38,399 bases of DNA from a virus. Its lineage: Duplodnaviria > Caudoviricetes. The stretch's first letter is position 1; every line of letters begins with the position of its first letter. Location of the stretch: IMG/VR virus record IMGVR_UViG_3300005804_000120, positions 1 through 38,399 of that record. One strand, 5' to 3'. Shown here in pieces: positions 17,751-26,555 of this stretch. The notes below the pieces were generated by a model. It did no database searches, was not told where the DNA came from, and saw nothing but the letters and a program-made list of their open reading frames with translations. A program made the translations under genes and the position numbers.

Positions 17751-18659
17751 ATGGCCGCAAAGGTCAGCGCGAAAATCAAGGCCATCCTGAAGGAACGGGA
17801 CGCGGAGATCCTCTCCGGCCAGGAGGCGGTCCGGAAGCTCCTCGAGGAGACCCGGAAACAGATCCTCCTGGACCTGGCCGCCCTCCCCGGGGACGGGTAC
17901 TCGGCGCACTACCTGCGCCAGGTGCTGGCCTCCATCGACGAGCACCTGACCTCATGGGCGGCCGGCACGGTGCGCGAGCTGGACGGCAGGCTGGCAGTCA
18001 CCTGGGAATTGGGCGCGGAGCTGCTGCCGCAGGCGGCGGCAGTGGCCGGGCTGGAGCTGGGGCATATCGCCATCCCCGCCAGCACCCTGGACGCGCTGAA
18101 GGAGTTCACCTTCGGCCGCATATCCTCGGTGCGCGGCGACCTGTACAACAAGATCCGGGGCGAGCTGACCCTGGGAGTGCTGGGCCAGCGGACGCCCCAG
18201 GAGGTGACCCAGGCGCTCATCGGCGACATCCGCGACCTGCCCATCCCGGTGGGGAGGTTCGGCAAGCCGGTGTTCAAGAGCATCGAGGAGCGGGCCGAGG
18301 TCATCACCGGCACCGAAATGGGGAGGGCCTTCTCCCTGGCTACCGAGAAATCGCTGGAGGCTGCCCGGGAGACGGTGCCGGAGATGGGGAGCATGTGGAT
18401 CCACGCGGGCCACCCGTCGCAGCCGCGTCAGGTGCACATCCTGATGCACGGCCAGGTGAGGACCGAGGGGAAGCCGTTTTACAAGACCCCGGAGGGAGTG
18501 CCGGTCCATTACCCTCGCGACCCGACCGCGCCCATCAAGGAGGTCATCCGCTGCGGCTGCACTCACATCCCCTATCACCCGCTGTTCGGGGACGCGGCCG
18601 ATTACGCGGCGGATTTCTACACGCAGCAGGACAGGACGGCGAAGAGGAAAACGGCATAA
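17751..18659 (+). CDS. head morphogenesis protein (Mu gpF/SPP1 gp7-like)
   Basis: RAEVITGTEMGRA...W...R..H...HGQ...YPRDP...EVIRCGC; ATG at 17751 after GGGAG. Confidence 0.85.
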   Translation: MAAKVSAKIKAILKERDAEILSGQEAVRKLLEETRKQILLDLAALPGDGYSAHYLRQVLASIDEHLTSWAAGTVRELDGRLAVTWELGAELLPQAAAVAGLELGHIAIPASTLDALKEFTFGRISSVRGDLYNKIRGELTLGVLGQRTPQEVTQALIGDIRDLPIPVGRFGKPVFKSIEERAEVITGTEMGRAFSLATEKSLEAARETVPEMGSMWIHAGHPSQPRQVHILMHGQVRTEGKPFYKTPEGVPVHYPRDPTAPIKEVIRCGCTHIPYHPLFGDAADYAADFYTQQDRTAKRKTA

Positions 18660-18682
18660 CCGGCACGGCACGGAGGTGAACC

Positions 18683-19006
18683 ATGTTGTTCAGTTTCGAT
18701 CGTATTGAGGGTCAACCGAACGGCGGCAATGAGCCGGTTGTGCGAACATATCAAACCAGGCCGGGATCACGGTCAAAGGAGCAAACCATGGCGGAACAAA
18801 TCGATGCGAAATGGCTGAAGGGTCTGACCTACCGCACCTCGGAGCGGAAGCAGCCGAAGGGCGAGGCCGCGCGCAATGTGCCGGTTGAGCGGAAGCTGAG
18901 GCCCTCCGACGTTTTGGCCTGGGAGGATCGCGGCGATGCGATTGTGCTTGTCGCCGCTGACGGCAGCAAGCATTCGGTGGACAAGACCACCGCTGAAAAA
19001 CCGTAG
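18683..19006 (+). CDS. hypothetical protein
   Basis: Both ATG 18683 and ATG 18788 have an RBS; true start uncertain. Confidence 0.6.
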   Translation: MLFSFDRIEGQPNGGNEPVVRTYQTRPGSRSKEQTMAEQIDAKWLKGLTYRTSERKQPKGEAARNVPVERKLRPSDVLAWEDRGDAIVLVAADGSKHSVDKTTAEKP

Positions 19007-19036
19007 GGCCGGGGCATCCCGCCCCTGGGAGGAATC

Positions 19037-21325
19037 ATGGCACTCAGTTTTGAACAGATTCGGGAGCTGGTCCGCAACGCCATCCAGGTCAAGGGCGGTG
19101 AGAACTGCTACTGCTACGTGGTGGAGATGTACGCCGACTCGGTGGTCTACGAACAGGACGACAAGCTGTTCCGCCGCAGCTTCGCCATCGCGGACGATCA
19201 GGTCACCCTGGGGGACGCCGCCGAGGTGAAACGCCAGGTGGAGTACATTCCCCTCCAGGCGGCCAGCCGGATCCTGGCAGCGGTCGGCGATCCCGGGAGC
19301 GAGGATTACGGTTACCAGTGGCGGGTCCAGGTCATCGAGTACGGCCCAGGCGCGGACGGCAGAATCAACTGGCCCAGGGAACCGCTGGTCGCCGCCATCG
19401 GGCTGTACGAGGGTGCCCGGGTATTCGCCCTCAACGATTCGCAGCACCAGGCCGGAGGCAAGCCGTTCGGCAAATCGGTCCGGGAGATCGTGGGTTGGCT
19501 CAAGAATCCGCAGGACACCGGCAGCGGTATCGAGGCGGACCTGTTCATCCTGAAGAGCGCCAAGTGGCTGCGGGACGGGCTGGTCGACTCCCATGAGCGC
19601 GGCAACCCGACCCTGTTCGGGCTCTCCCATGATGTAACCGGCAAGGCCGTCACCAAGATGGTGGCCGGCAAGAAGATGAAGGAACCGACGGCGATCACCG
19701 CCGTCGAGGTGGATGTGGTGTACAACCCGACCAATAATGGTCAATTTCTGAGAATGGCCGCAGCCATAGAGGCAGGCCAGGAGGAGGACGACAAAATGTT
19801 GAAGAAGCTTTTGGCGGCCCTGCAGAGCCAGCGGCCCGATCTGCATAAGCAGATCATCGAGGGGATGGACGGCGGCACGATTACCGAGGACCAGGCCCTG
19901 CAGATGGTGGCCGCGGCCACGGTAAAGGATGCCGGAGAAGATGAGAACAACGAGAAGCTGGTGGCCGCCATCGCCGGGAAGCTCAAGGAGTTCGTGGCGA
20001 CCGGCGAGCGGGACGAGGTGAAGGAGCTGAAGCTGATGGCCTGCTCCATGACCCTGGAACGCGAGCTCCAGGCGAGCAAACTGCCGGAGCCCGCACAGAA
20101 AGCTCTCCGGGAGCAGTACGATGGCAAGGTCTTCGAGGCTACCGAGCTGCAGGCATCCATCAAGACCACCAAGGAGATGCTGGACGCAGTGACCGGTTCC
20201 GGCGGGGTCCTGGGCGCGGGCGAAATCCGGGCGGGCCGGGAGAGCGGCGAGAAACTCCAGGCCGCGTTCGACGGCATGCTCGGTCTCCAGGTGGCCGACG
20301 ACCTGCGCGGGGTGCCGGCGTTCACCAGCCTCCGCGCCGCCTATGTGGAGATGACCGGGGACACGGACGTGACCGGCGTGCTCAATCCGCAGCAGCTCCG
20401 CAGGATGCAGGCCGCCTATGGCGACCTGACCTTTGCCTACGCCCTGGGCAACACCCTGTACCGCCGCATGTGCAACGATTACCGCGAGGCCGGGGACTTC
20501 GGCGTCTCCCGCCTGGTCGGCCCCAACATCCGCAACGCCCGCGACTTCCGGACCCTGGAATCGGTCCGCATCGGCTACTACGGGGACCTGCCGGACGTGG
20601 ACACCGATACCCAGGATTACCCGGACCTGGGGGAAGTGTCGGATGAAAAGGTCGAGTACGCCATCAACGAGAAGGGCGGGATAATCACCATCAACCGCCG
20701 GATGATCATCAACGACGATTTGAGAGTGGTGCAGAAGATCATCTCCCGTCTGCCCCGAGCTGCACGCAGGACCATGGCGAAGCGGGTCTGGAACCTGTTC
20801 ATCAGCAACGCGACCTATGACGGCGACGCCAAGGCCATCTTCCACGCCGACCACGGTAACCTGGGCTCCACCGCTTACGCCATCGCCTCGGCCCTGGCGG
20901 CGCGCACGGCCATGGCCAAGCAGACCGAGCCGGGCAGCGGCGAGCGGCTGAGCCTCCGCCCGGTCACCGTGGCGTTCCCGGCCGATCTGTTCGGCATCGT
21001 GTCGAACGTGAACAACTTCAACCCGCAGGCAGTCACCGTGGACAACGGCAACTCCATGTACGGTTTCTTCAAGCCCGAGGGGCTGGTGGAGGTGCCGTTC
21101 ATGACCGACGCCACCGACTGGATGATGTTCGCCGACCCCAACGAATACGAGATCGTGGAGCTGGCGTTCCTCAACGGCCAGCAGGAACCGCAGATGCTGG
21201 TGGCGGACAACCCGGCGGTGGGCCAGATGTTCGTGGGCGGCCGCATCCAGTACCGCGTCAGCCACGATTACGAGGCCGAGTGCGTGGACTACCGCGGCGC
21301 CTACAAGGCGGTGGTGGCGGGTTAA
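19037..21325 (+). CDS. fused prohead protease/scaffold/major capsid protein (Mu gpT-like C-terminus)
   Basis: 762 aa; N-terminal protease-like part (VGWL, GLSHD, VDVVYNP), helical scaffold-like middle, capsid C-terminus (INRRMIINDDL, FHADHGNL, AFLNGQQEP, DYRGAYK). Confidence 0.85.
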   Translation: MALSFEQIRELVRNAIQVKGGENCYCYVVEMYADSVVYEQDDKLFRRSFAIADDQVTLGDAAEVKRQVEYIPLQAASRILAAVGDPGSEDYGYQWRVQVIEYGPGADGRINWPREPLVAAIGLYEGARVFALNDSQHQAGGKPFGKSVREIVGWLKNPQDTGSGIEADLFILKSAKWLRDGLVDSHERGNPTLFGLSHDVTGKAVTKMVAGKKMKEPTAITAVEVDVVYNPTNNGQFLRMAAAIEAGQEEDDKMLKKLLAALQSQRPDLHKQIIEGMDGGTITEDQALQMVAAATVKDAGEDENNEKLVAAIAGKLKEFVATGERDEVKELKLMACSMTLERELQASKLPEPAQKALREQYDGKVFEATELQASIKTTKEMLDAVTGSGGVLGAGEIRAGRESGEKLQAAFDGMLGLQVADDLRGVPAFTSLRAAYVEMTGDTDVTGVLNPQQLRRMQAAYGDLTFAYALGNTLYRRMCNDYREAGDFGVSRLVGPNIRNARDFRTLESVRIGYYGDLPDVDTDTQDYPDLGEVSDEKVEYAINEKGGIITINRRMIINDDLRVVQKIISRLPRAARRTMAKRVWNLFISNATYDGDAKAIFHADHGNLGSTAYAIASALAARTAMAKQTEPGSGERLSLRPVTVAFPADLFGIVSNVNNFNPQAVTVDNGNSMYGFFKPEGLVEVPFMTDATDWMMFADPNEYEIVELAFLNGQQEPQMLVADNPAVGQMFVGGRIQYRVSHDYEAECVDYRGAYKAVVAG

Positions 21326-21411
21326 AGGCAGGAACAGTGAACAGTGAACAGATAACCGAGGGGCGGGTCCTCCCGCCCCGAATCAACAGCGATTTGAAAG
21401 AGGGGTGCACG

Positions 21412-21867
21412 ATGAAGAGATATCTGCGGAACATTTGCTCGGTGGCCACGATGTTGATCCTGCTGGCTATGACGTTGCCGGCGTTCGCCGTGACCAATCC
21501 GCCGCCCGGCGCGGCCGGTTATATGGTCATGCCTGTCACCTTCGACCGGACAATCAGCGCCGTGTCAACACCGGTCATCGCCCGTATCAAGCTGCCGTTC
21601 CCTGCCGCAGTGGTGGCGGTGCAGGCCAGCTGCGAGACGGCAGACTATGCCTCGACGGACGAGACGTACAAGGTCGACGTGCTGGAGGCTGGAACCACCA
21701 TCCTGTCCGCGCCCATCAACATGGTTGCGGCGGATACGGTCTACTCCGGCACAGTGACGGACAAGAAACTCGCTGACGAAGCGGTGCTCACAATCACCCT
21801 GGACGTGGCGGGGACAACGCCAAGTGTTACGGACGTGACGGTTTTGCTGGTACTGAAGCGCCTGTAG
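21412..21867 (+). CDS. putative head decoration/accessory protein with signal-peptide-like N-terminus
   Basis: Directly after the capsid gene; beta-rich; N-terminus MKRYLRNICSVATMLILLAMTLPAFA. Confidence 0.6.
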   Translation: MKRYLRNICSVATMLILLAMTLPAFAVTNPPPGAAGYMVMPVTFDRTISAVSTPVIARIKLPFPAAVVAVQASCETADYASTDETYKVDVLEAGTTILSAPINMVAADTVYSGTVTDKKLADEAVLTITLDVAGTTPSVTDVTVLLVLKRL

Positions 21868-21917
21868 AAACGGTTTTTCCGAGGGGGCGGGATCCGCCCC
21901 CTTCATCCGAGGGACAC

Positions 21918-22559
21918 ATGGCATTGATTGACCTGGTCAAGGCAAAGGTAAAGGACGAATCCGGCAAGCTCACGGACCCCGGGGACTATGCAGCCGCGGT
22001 GACCGAGGCTTTGAACCGCTACTCGAAAAACCGGCCGCGGCTGGTCTGCGCGGACCTGGCCGGCGCCGGCAGCCATGACCTGGCGCTGCCGGTCGGGTGG
22101 GTGGAGGGGCTGTCCTCGATCCAGAGCGTGGAGTACCCGACCGGCGTCGTGCCGGAGGCGCTGCTGGATTCGGACATGTGGACCATGTACCGGACCCCGA
22201 CCGCCACGAAGCTGCGGCTTTTGACCTACACTCCCGAAGCGACAGAGACGGTCCGGATACTGTACAGCGCGGCCCACACCGAAGGCACCGTCCCGGCAGC
22301 TGACCTGGAGGCGGTGGCCAACCTGGCAGCGGCTACCTGCCTGCGCCAGCTGGCGGCGGCATTTGGCCAGACCAGCGACCCGACCATCGGAGCGGACGTG
22401 GTGAATTACCGGAGCAAGGCGGACGAGTTCCGCCGGCTGGCCGACTCTCTGGAGGAACAGTACGGGGATCACCTCGGCATCGGAAAGAGCACGCCGGTTT
22501 CGGCCGCCATGGCCGTGGCGAAACCCAAGGATGACGGCAGGGTGCGGTTGACGCACTGA
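21918..22559 (+). CDS. head-tail adaptor/connector protein
   Basis: Position; AVTEALNRYS...VEYP...AVANLAAA...NYRSKADEF. Confidence 0.65.
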   Translation: MALIDLVKAKVKDESGKLTDPGDYAAAVTEALNRYSKNRPRLVCADLAGAGSHDLALPVGWVEGLSSIQSVEYPTGVVPEALLDSDMWTMYRTPTATKLRLLTYTPEATETVRILYSAAHTEGTVPAADLEAVANLAAATCLRQLAAAFGQTSDPTIGADVVNYRSKADEFRRLADSLEEQYGDHLGIGKSTPVSAAMAVAKPKDDGRVRLTH

Positions 22560-22569
22560 GGAGGAGATC

Positions 22570-22851
22570 ATGTTTTTTCGATGCAAGAACCCCCAGAAGC
22601 TTGTGCTCGGCGCGGCCTCGGTCGTCAGCAATGCAGTTGGCGAACAACTGGTGGTCATCCGGCCTACGGTCAATATTTTCTTTGCCTACGGTGCCGCACC
22701 CGTGGCGGCGGTTAACGGCAACACCTGCCATTTTCTGAACGCTGGTGAGGCGTTCGGCCTGAGGTTGGACGATCCGGCCCACAAAATAGCTGCCATCCCC
22801 GAGACCGGGACTGCCGGCGCGGTTTATCTCAGCTCGCTCGGGTCCTACTGA
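22570..22851 (+). CDS. small beta-rich virion protein, putative
   Basis: 93 aa; GAGGAG RBS; TGATG coupling. Confidence 0.6.
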   Translation: MFFRCKNPQKLVLGAASVVSNAVGEQLVVIRPTVNIFFAYGAAPVAAVNGNTCHFLNAGEAFGLRLDDPAHKIAAIPETGTAGAVYLSSLGSY

Positions 22852-23315
22852 TGATCGGCTTGAAGCTCGGCATAGGATTCAACTCGAACCGCTACTCCCC
22901 CCTCCGCCTCTTCGCCGACGGCACGGCGGGCCTCTGGCTCGACGTGCAGGATCTCTCCACCCTGTTCCAAGACGCAGCCGGCACCACGCCGGTGACCGCG
23001 GCCGGGCAGCCGGTGGGGCTGATACGGGACAAGTCGGGCCGAGGGAACCATCTCTCCCAGGCCACCAGCTCCGCCAAGCCCATCCTGCGCCAGGACGCGG
23101 CCGGTCGCTATTACCTGGAGCCTGACGGGGTGGACGACCTGCTCTCCGTGACGTTCGGCGCGGCGGTAGGCAACTGCACTCTGGTGTTCGCCGGGCCTGA
23201 CGAGTGCACCGTGCTGTGGCCGCTCAACGTGGGCACCACGTTCGAACTGCATTCCGGACCTTGCTATGGGCTGATTCTGCTGGCGAAACAACTGACCGAG
23301 GGGGTGGAGCTGTGA
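22851..23315 (+). CDS. virion accessory protein (LWLD...TLFQDAAGTTPV...DKSG beta-sandwich-like domain)
   Basis: 154 aa; residues 16-154 are duplicated at the C-terminus of 31900-33117. Confidence 0.7.
   Translation: MIGLKLGIGFNSNRYSPLRLFADGTAGLWLDVQDLSTLFQDAAGTTPVTAAGQPVGLIRDKSGRGNHLSQATSSAKPILRQDAAGRYYLEPDGVDDLLSVTFGAAVGNCTLVFAGPDECTVLWPLNVGTTFELHSGPCYGLILLAKQLTEGVEL
22896..23315 (+). repeat. 420-bp direct repeat, copy 1
   Basis: Colinear with 32698-33117, no indels; 126/139 aa identical. Confidence 0.9.
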
Positions 23316-24454
23316 GTTACCTGCGCAATTACCTGGCCGGAAGATGCGGCAAACCGAATTACACGATTTTCGTGCCCAACCCGGATCGGGCGGCCGTGGA
23401 GGCTGCCAGCGGCGGGCGGAACACGGTCATGCTCGATGACCTGGGCCAGCCCTCCATCATGGTGCGGGTCGACCAGTTCAACCTCCAGGACATCGATGCC
23501 GTCTACGGCAACGGCGTCCACCCCATGTTCATCGTCAACGGCGTAACGAAATCCGAGATCTGGATCGGCAAGTATCTCGCCAGCATCGCCAACGCCCGGG
23601 CCGTCTCCATCCCGGGCAAGGATCCTGCGAACACGGTCAATTTCGACACCGCAAAAGGGTACTGCTCCGCCAAGGGAGCCGGCTGGCACATGGTCACCAA
23701 TGCCGAGTGGGCCGGGCTCGCGATCCAGGCCCGCAAAAACAATTTGATGCCCCGCGGCAACAGCTACTACGGCCGCTCCGACGCAGTGCCCGCCGAGGGT
23801 TCCGTGCGCCAGGACTGGCTCCGGGCCGGCAATCCGACCGGCAATGCCAGGAACCTGACCGGCAGCGGCCCGATATCCTGGAGCCACGACGGGACCCAGT
23901 GGGGAATCCGGGACCTGTGCGGCTGCGTCTGGGAGTGGGTCCTGGGGATGCGTCTCAATGTGGGCGAAATCCAGGTAATCCAGGACAACAACGCCGTCAC
24001 CGCCGACCATTCGGCAGGCTCCGCCGCCTGGCGGGCCATCCTCCAGGATGGCTCCCTGGTCGCTCCCGGCACCGCGGGGTCGCTCAAATACGACTCGGTT
24101 AACGCCGGGACTACCGGCACCGTTGGGCCTGCTCAGCTGGATGATGTTATTGACAACAGCAATAATCCCGGCAGCGGGGATGACGGGTCAACATCCACCG
24201 AGTTCGAAACCCTCGCGGCTGATGTGGGCATAACGGCGCCATCCATACTGAAAGCGCTATGCCTGTTCCCGGGTGTAGCTGGTTTGAGTAGCGATCGGCT
24301 CTACGCCCGCAACTATGGCGAGCGTCTGCCGGTTCGCGGTGGCAACTGGAACCTCGGCAGCATTGCGGGCGTGTTCGCCCTGTACCTGACTAACCCGCGC
24401 AGCAGCACGCCCACGTACTTCGGGTTCCGCCCCGCTTTCGTTTCTGGACTCTGA
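23312..24454 (+). CDS. DGR target protein (CLec/FGE-sulfatase-like fold, Mtd-like) with C-terminal VR
   Basis: GTG at 23312; IWIGKY, GWHMVTNAEW, GIRDLCGCVWEW, RGGNW...FGFRPA; the 3' end is the VR. Confidence 0.9.
   Translation: MSYLRNYLAGRCGKPNYTIFVPNPDRAAVEAASGGRNTVMLDDLGQPSIMVRVDQFNLQDIDAVYGNGVHPMFIVNGVTKSEIWIGKYLASIANARAVSIPGKDPANTVNFDTAKGYCSAKGAGWHMVTNAEWAGLAIQARKNNLMPRGNSYYGRSDAVPAEGSVRQDWLRAGNPTGNARNLTGSGPISWSHDGTQWGIRDLCGCVWEWVLGMRLNVGEIQVIQDNNAVTADHSAGSAAWRAILQDGSLVAPGTAGSLKYDSVNAGTTGTVGPAQLDDVIDNSNNPGSGDDGSTSTEFETLAADVGITAPSILKALCLFPGVAGLSSDRLYARNYGERLPVRGGNWNLGSIAGVFALYLTNPRSSTPTYFGFRPAFVSGL
24322..24436 (+). repeat. DGR variable repeat (VR)
   Basis: 115 bp; differs from the TR at 12 positions, all TR adenines. 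Confidence 0.95.
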
Positions 24455-24471
24455 TCTCCTGTACTCTGACT

Positions 24472-24489
24472 GCCGGGCGATAGCCCGGC
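24472..24489 (+). promoter_or_regulatory. DGR target-recognition hairpin downstream of VR/IMH
   Basis: GCCGGGC-GATA-GCCCGGC just after the target stop, placed like the BPP-1 hairpin. Confidence 0.7.
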
Positions 24490-24496
24490 CGGGACT

Positions 24497-24847
24497 ATGA
24501 ATGACCTGCTGATACGACAAAAAATCGAGGCGATGATCCAGTACGGCTACGTGGCCCTGCGACAGTTCCCGAAATCGGAACGGCATGTCCTCTCCCAGGA
24601 GATCCGACTGACCATGCTGGAGCTGCTGAAACTGGTCATCATCTGTAACCACCGCTACTACAAGAAGACCACGCTGCAGGACCTGGACGCGAGCCTGGAC
24701 CTGCTGCGGAGCCAGGTCAGGCTGGCGAAAGATTTGGAGTTTCTGCCTTTCAGGAAATACGAGTTCTGGAGCAGGCAACTTGACGAGATAGGCCGGATGA
24801 TCGGCGGTTGGTTCAAGAGCCTGCCCGGGAACGGGGGACATGGTTAA
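24497..24847 (+). CDS. avd: DGR accessory variability determinant (four-helix bundle)
   Basis: 116 aa; QFPKSERHVLSQEIR...KKTTLQDLD...EIGRMIGGW; between VR and TR. Confidence 0.92.
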   Translation: MNDLLIRQKIEAMIQYGYVALRQFPKSERHVLSQEIRLTMLELLKLVIICNHRYYKKTTLQDLDASLDLLRSQVRLAKDLEFLPFRKYEFWSRQLDEIGRMIGGWFKSLPGNGGHG

Positions 24848-24850
24848 ATG

Positions 24851-24965
24851 GCGTCTGCCGAATCGCGGTGGCAACTGGAACAACGGCAGCAATGCGGGCG
24901 TGTTCGCCCTGAACCTGAATAACCCGCGCAGCAACACGAACACGAACATCGGGTTCCGCCCCGCT
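24851..24965 (+). ncRNA. DGR template repeat (TR)
   Basis: 115-bp AAC-rich copy of the VR between avd and RT; 27 adenines. Confidence 0.95.
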
Positions 24966-25117
24966 CTTGAGGGGTGCCGGAAGCGCGGCCCTTACGGGGA
25001 CCGCGTCAGAGCATTTTCAAAAGGACCGTGTCATCCGCGGCCAAAAGCCGGAACATGAACAGGAGGGGATGGGCTGGTAGGCGTGCCGAACGCTCATCCC
25101 CTCCGCCCAAGGCGAAC

Positions 25118-26161
25118 ATGGCGAAAACGTGCAGCTACATATTCGACCAGATCGCGAGCTTCGACGCGCTGCACGCGGCGTATGTCCGTGCCCGCCGGGG
25201 CAAGCGCCAGCGGCCGGAGGTTACCAGGTTCGAACAGAACCTGGAGGGGAACCTCATCCAGCTGCAGAACGAACTCGTCTGGGGCGAGTACCGGACCGGC
25301 CGATACCGGTATTTCGAGGTCACCGAACCGAAGCGCCGGCTGGTGGCGGCCCTCCCCTTCCGGGACCGGGTGGTGCAGCACGCCATCCACGCCGCCATCG
25401 AGCCCATCTGGGAATCCCGTTTCATCTTTGACAGCTACGCCTGCCGGCCGTTCAAGGGCTCGCACCGGGGCGCGGACCGGGCTCAAGCGATGATGCGCGA
25501 GGTCAAGCGCCGACACGGCCGGGTCTGCGCCTACAAGGCGGACATCGCCAAGTACTTCGCCAACATCGACCACGGCATCCTGAAACAGTTGCTGCGCAAG
25601 AGCCTGGCCTGTGGCCGCACGCTGGAATTCCTGGACGAAATCATAGATTCCCAGGATGTTGCCTGTGGCATACCTATCGGCAACCTTACCAGCCAGCTGT
25701 TCGCCAATATCTACCTGCACGAACTGGACAAGTACGTGAAGTTCTACCTGCGGGAGCGCTACTACCTGCGCTACATGGATGATTTCGTGGTGCTGCATCA
25801 CGACAAGCGGCATCTGGCGATAGTGCGGAACGAAATCGAGGCGTTCCTTGACAAGGAGTTGCGGCTGCAGACCAACAGCAAGAGCCAGATTTTCCCCATC
25901 AGCCTGCTGCGCGGCCGACCGCTGGACTTCCTCGGGTACCGGATATGGCCTACCCACCGGAAGCTCAGGAAAAATTCGGTCAACCGGATGCGGCGTAGGC
26001 TGAAGTCCCTGGCCCGCCAGTACGCCGCCGGTCGGCTGGGACTGGAGAAGATACACAGCCGAATCGCCTCCTGGTTAGGGCATGCCGGCCATGCCAACAG
26101 TTACCACGTCCGGGAGAAACTGCTGGCGAACACTACGTTTGAACGGAGGAGCAATGGCTGA
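25118..26161 (+). CDS. DGR reverse transcriptase
   Basis: EPKRRLV, FRDRVVQHA, DIAKYF, GIPIGNLTSQ, RYMDD and DFLGY motifs; probable ATG at 25118. Confidence 0.95.
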   Translation: MAKTCSYIFDQIASFDALHAAYVRARRGKRQRPEVTRFEQNLEGNLIQLQNELVWGEYRTGRYRYFEVTEPKRRLVAALPFRDRVVQHAIHAAIEPIWESRFIFDSYACRPFKGSHRGADRAQAMMREVKRRHGRVCAYKADIAKYFANIDHGILKQLLRKSLACGRTLEFLDEIIDSQDVACGIPIGNLTSQLFANIYLHELDKYVKFYLRERYYLRYMDDFVVLHHDKRHLAIVRNEIEAFLDKELRLQTNSKSQIFPISLLRGRPLDFLGYRIWPTHRKLRKNSVNRMRRRLKSLARQYAAGRLGLEKIHSRIASWLGHAGHANSYHVREKLLANTTFERRSNG

Positions 26162-26555
26162 GTGGCCGCATACCATCATCATGATTATCCCGGCGCCGTT
26201 GCTGGTGGTAGGCAACGCCATAGGCAGGGCGCTGGATCCGGACACCGGCGGGGACAAAACCTTTTCCGTGCCGCTCTCCGCAGACGGGAGCGAACCGGCA
26301 ACCCACTACGCCGCCAGCACGGCGGCTGCCGAATCGTTCGTGCAGACCGTCCAGGCGGTTCGCGGAGGCCAGGCGGACCTGGCGGCGCTGGTTGCCGCCG
26401 ATTACGCGGCCCGCTGGCCCGGGCTTACGCCGCCAACGGCCGGGGAGTGCTCGGCGTTTTTGGCGACGGCTGTGATTGCGGTTGATAGGTTATGGGGCGA
26501 GACGCTGGAAGACGTAGGGCTGATGATGGCTGGCAGCATCGCGGCTGAAGCATGA
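26154..26555 (+). CDS. hypothetical phage protein
   Basis: ATG at 26154 after GGAGGAG; FSVPLSADGSEPATHY motif. Confidence 0.65.
   Translation: MAEWPHTIIMIIPAPLLVVGNAIGRALDPDTGGDKTFSVPLSADGSEPATHYAASTAAAESFVQTVQAVRGGQADLAALVAADYAARWPGLTPPTAGECSAFLATAVIAVDRLWGETLEDVGLMMAGSIAAEA

Larger units (their letters stand above)
23312..26161 (+). mobile_element. diversity-generating retroelement (target-VR, avd, TR, RT)
   Basis: All components present in BPP-1 order, with adenine-specific TR/VR divergence. Confidence 0.95.

Noticed and set aside
18713-18745. CCGAAC...GAGCCGGTTG as a third attC-like site
   Set aside because: Too short, lacks paired L boxes, and may lie within a CDS
18773-21265. 830-aa minus-strand ORF
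   Set aside because: Antisense shadow of the capsid gene, expected from high-GC codon bias; no recognisable motifs
24840-25058. 72-aa Asn-rich ORF resembling the target C-terminus
   Set aside because: It is the TR read in the VR frame; the TR functions as an RNA template, and I have no evidence that it is translated
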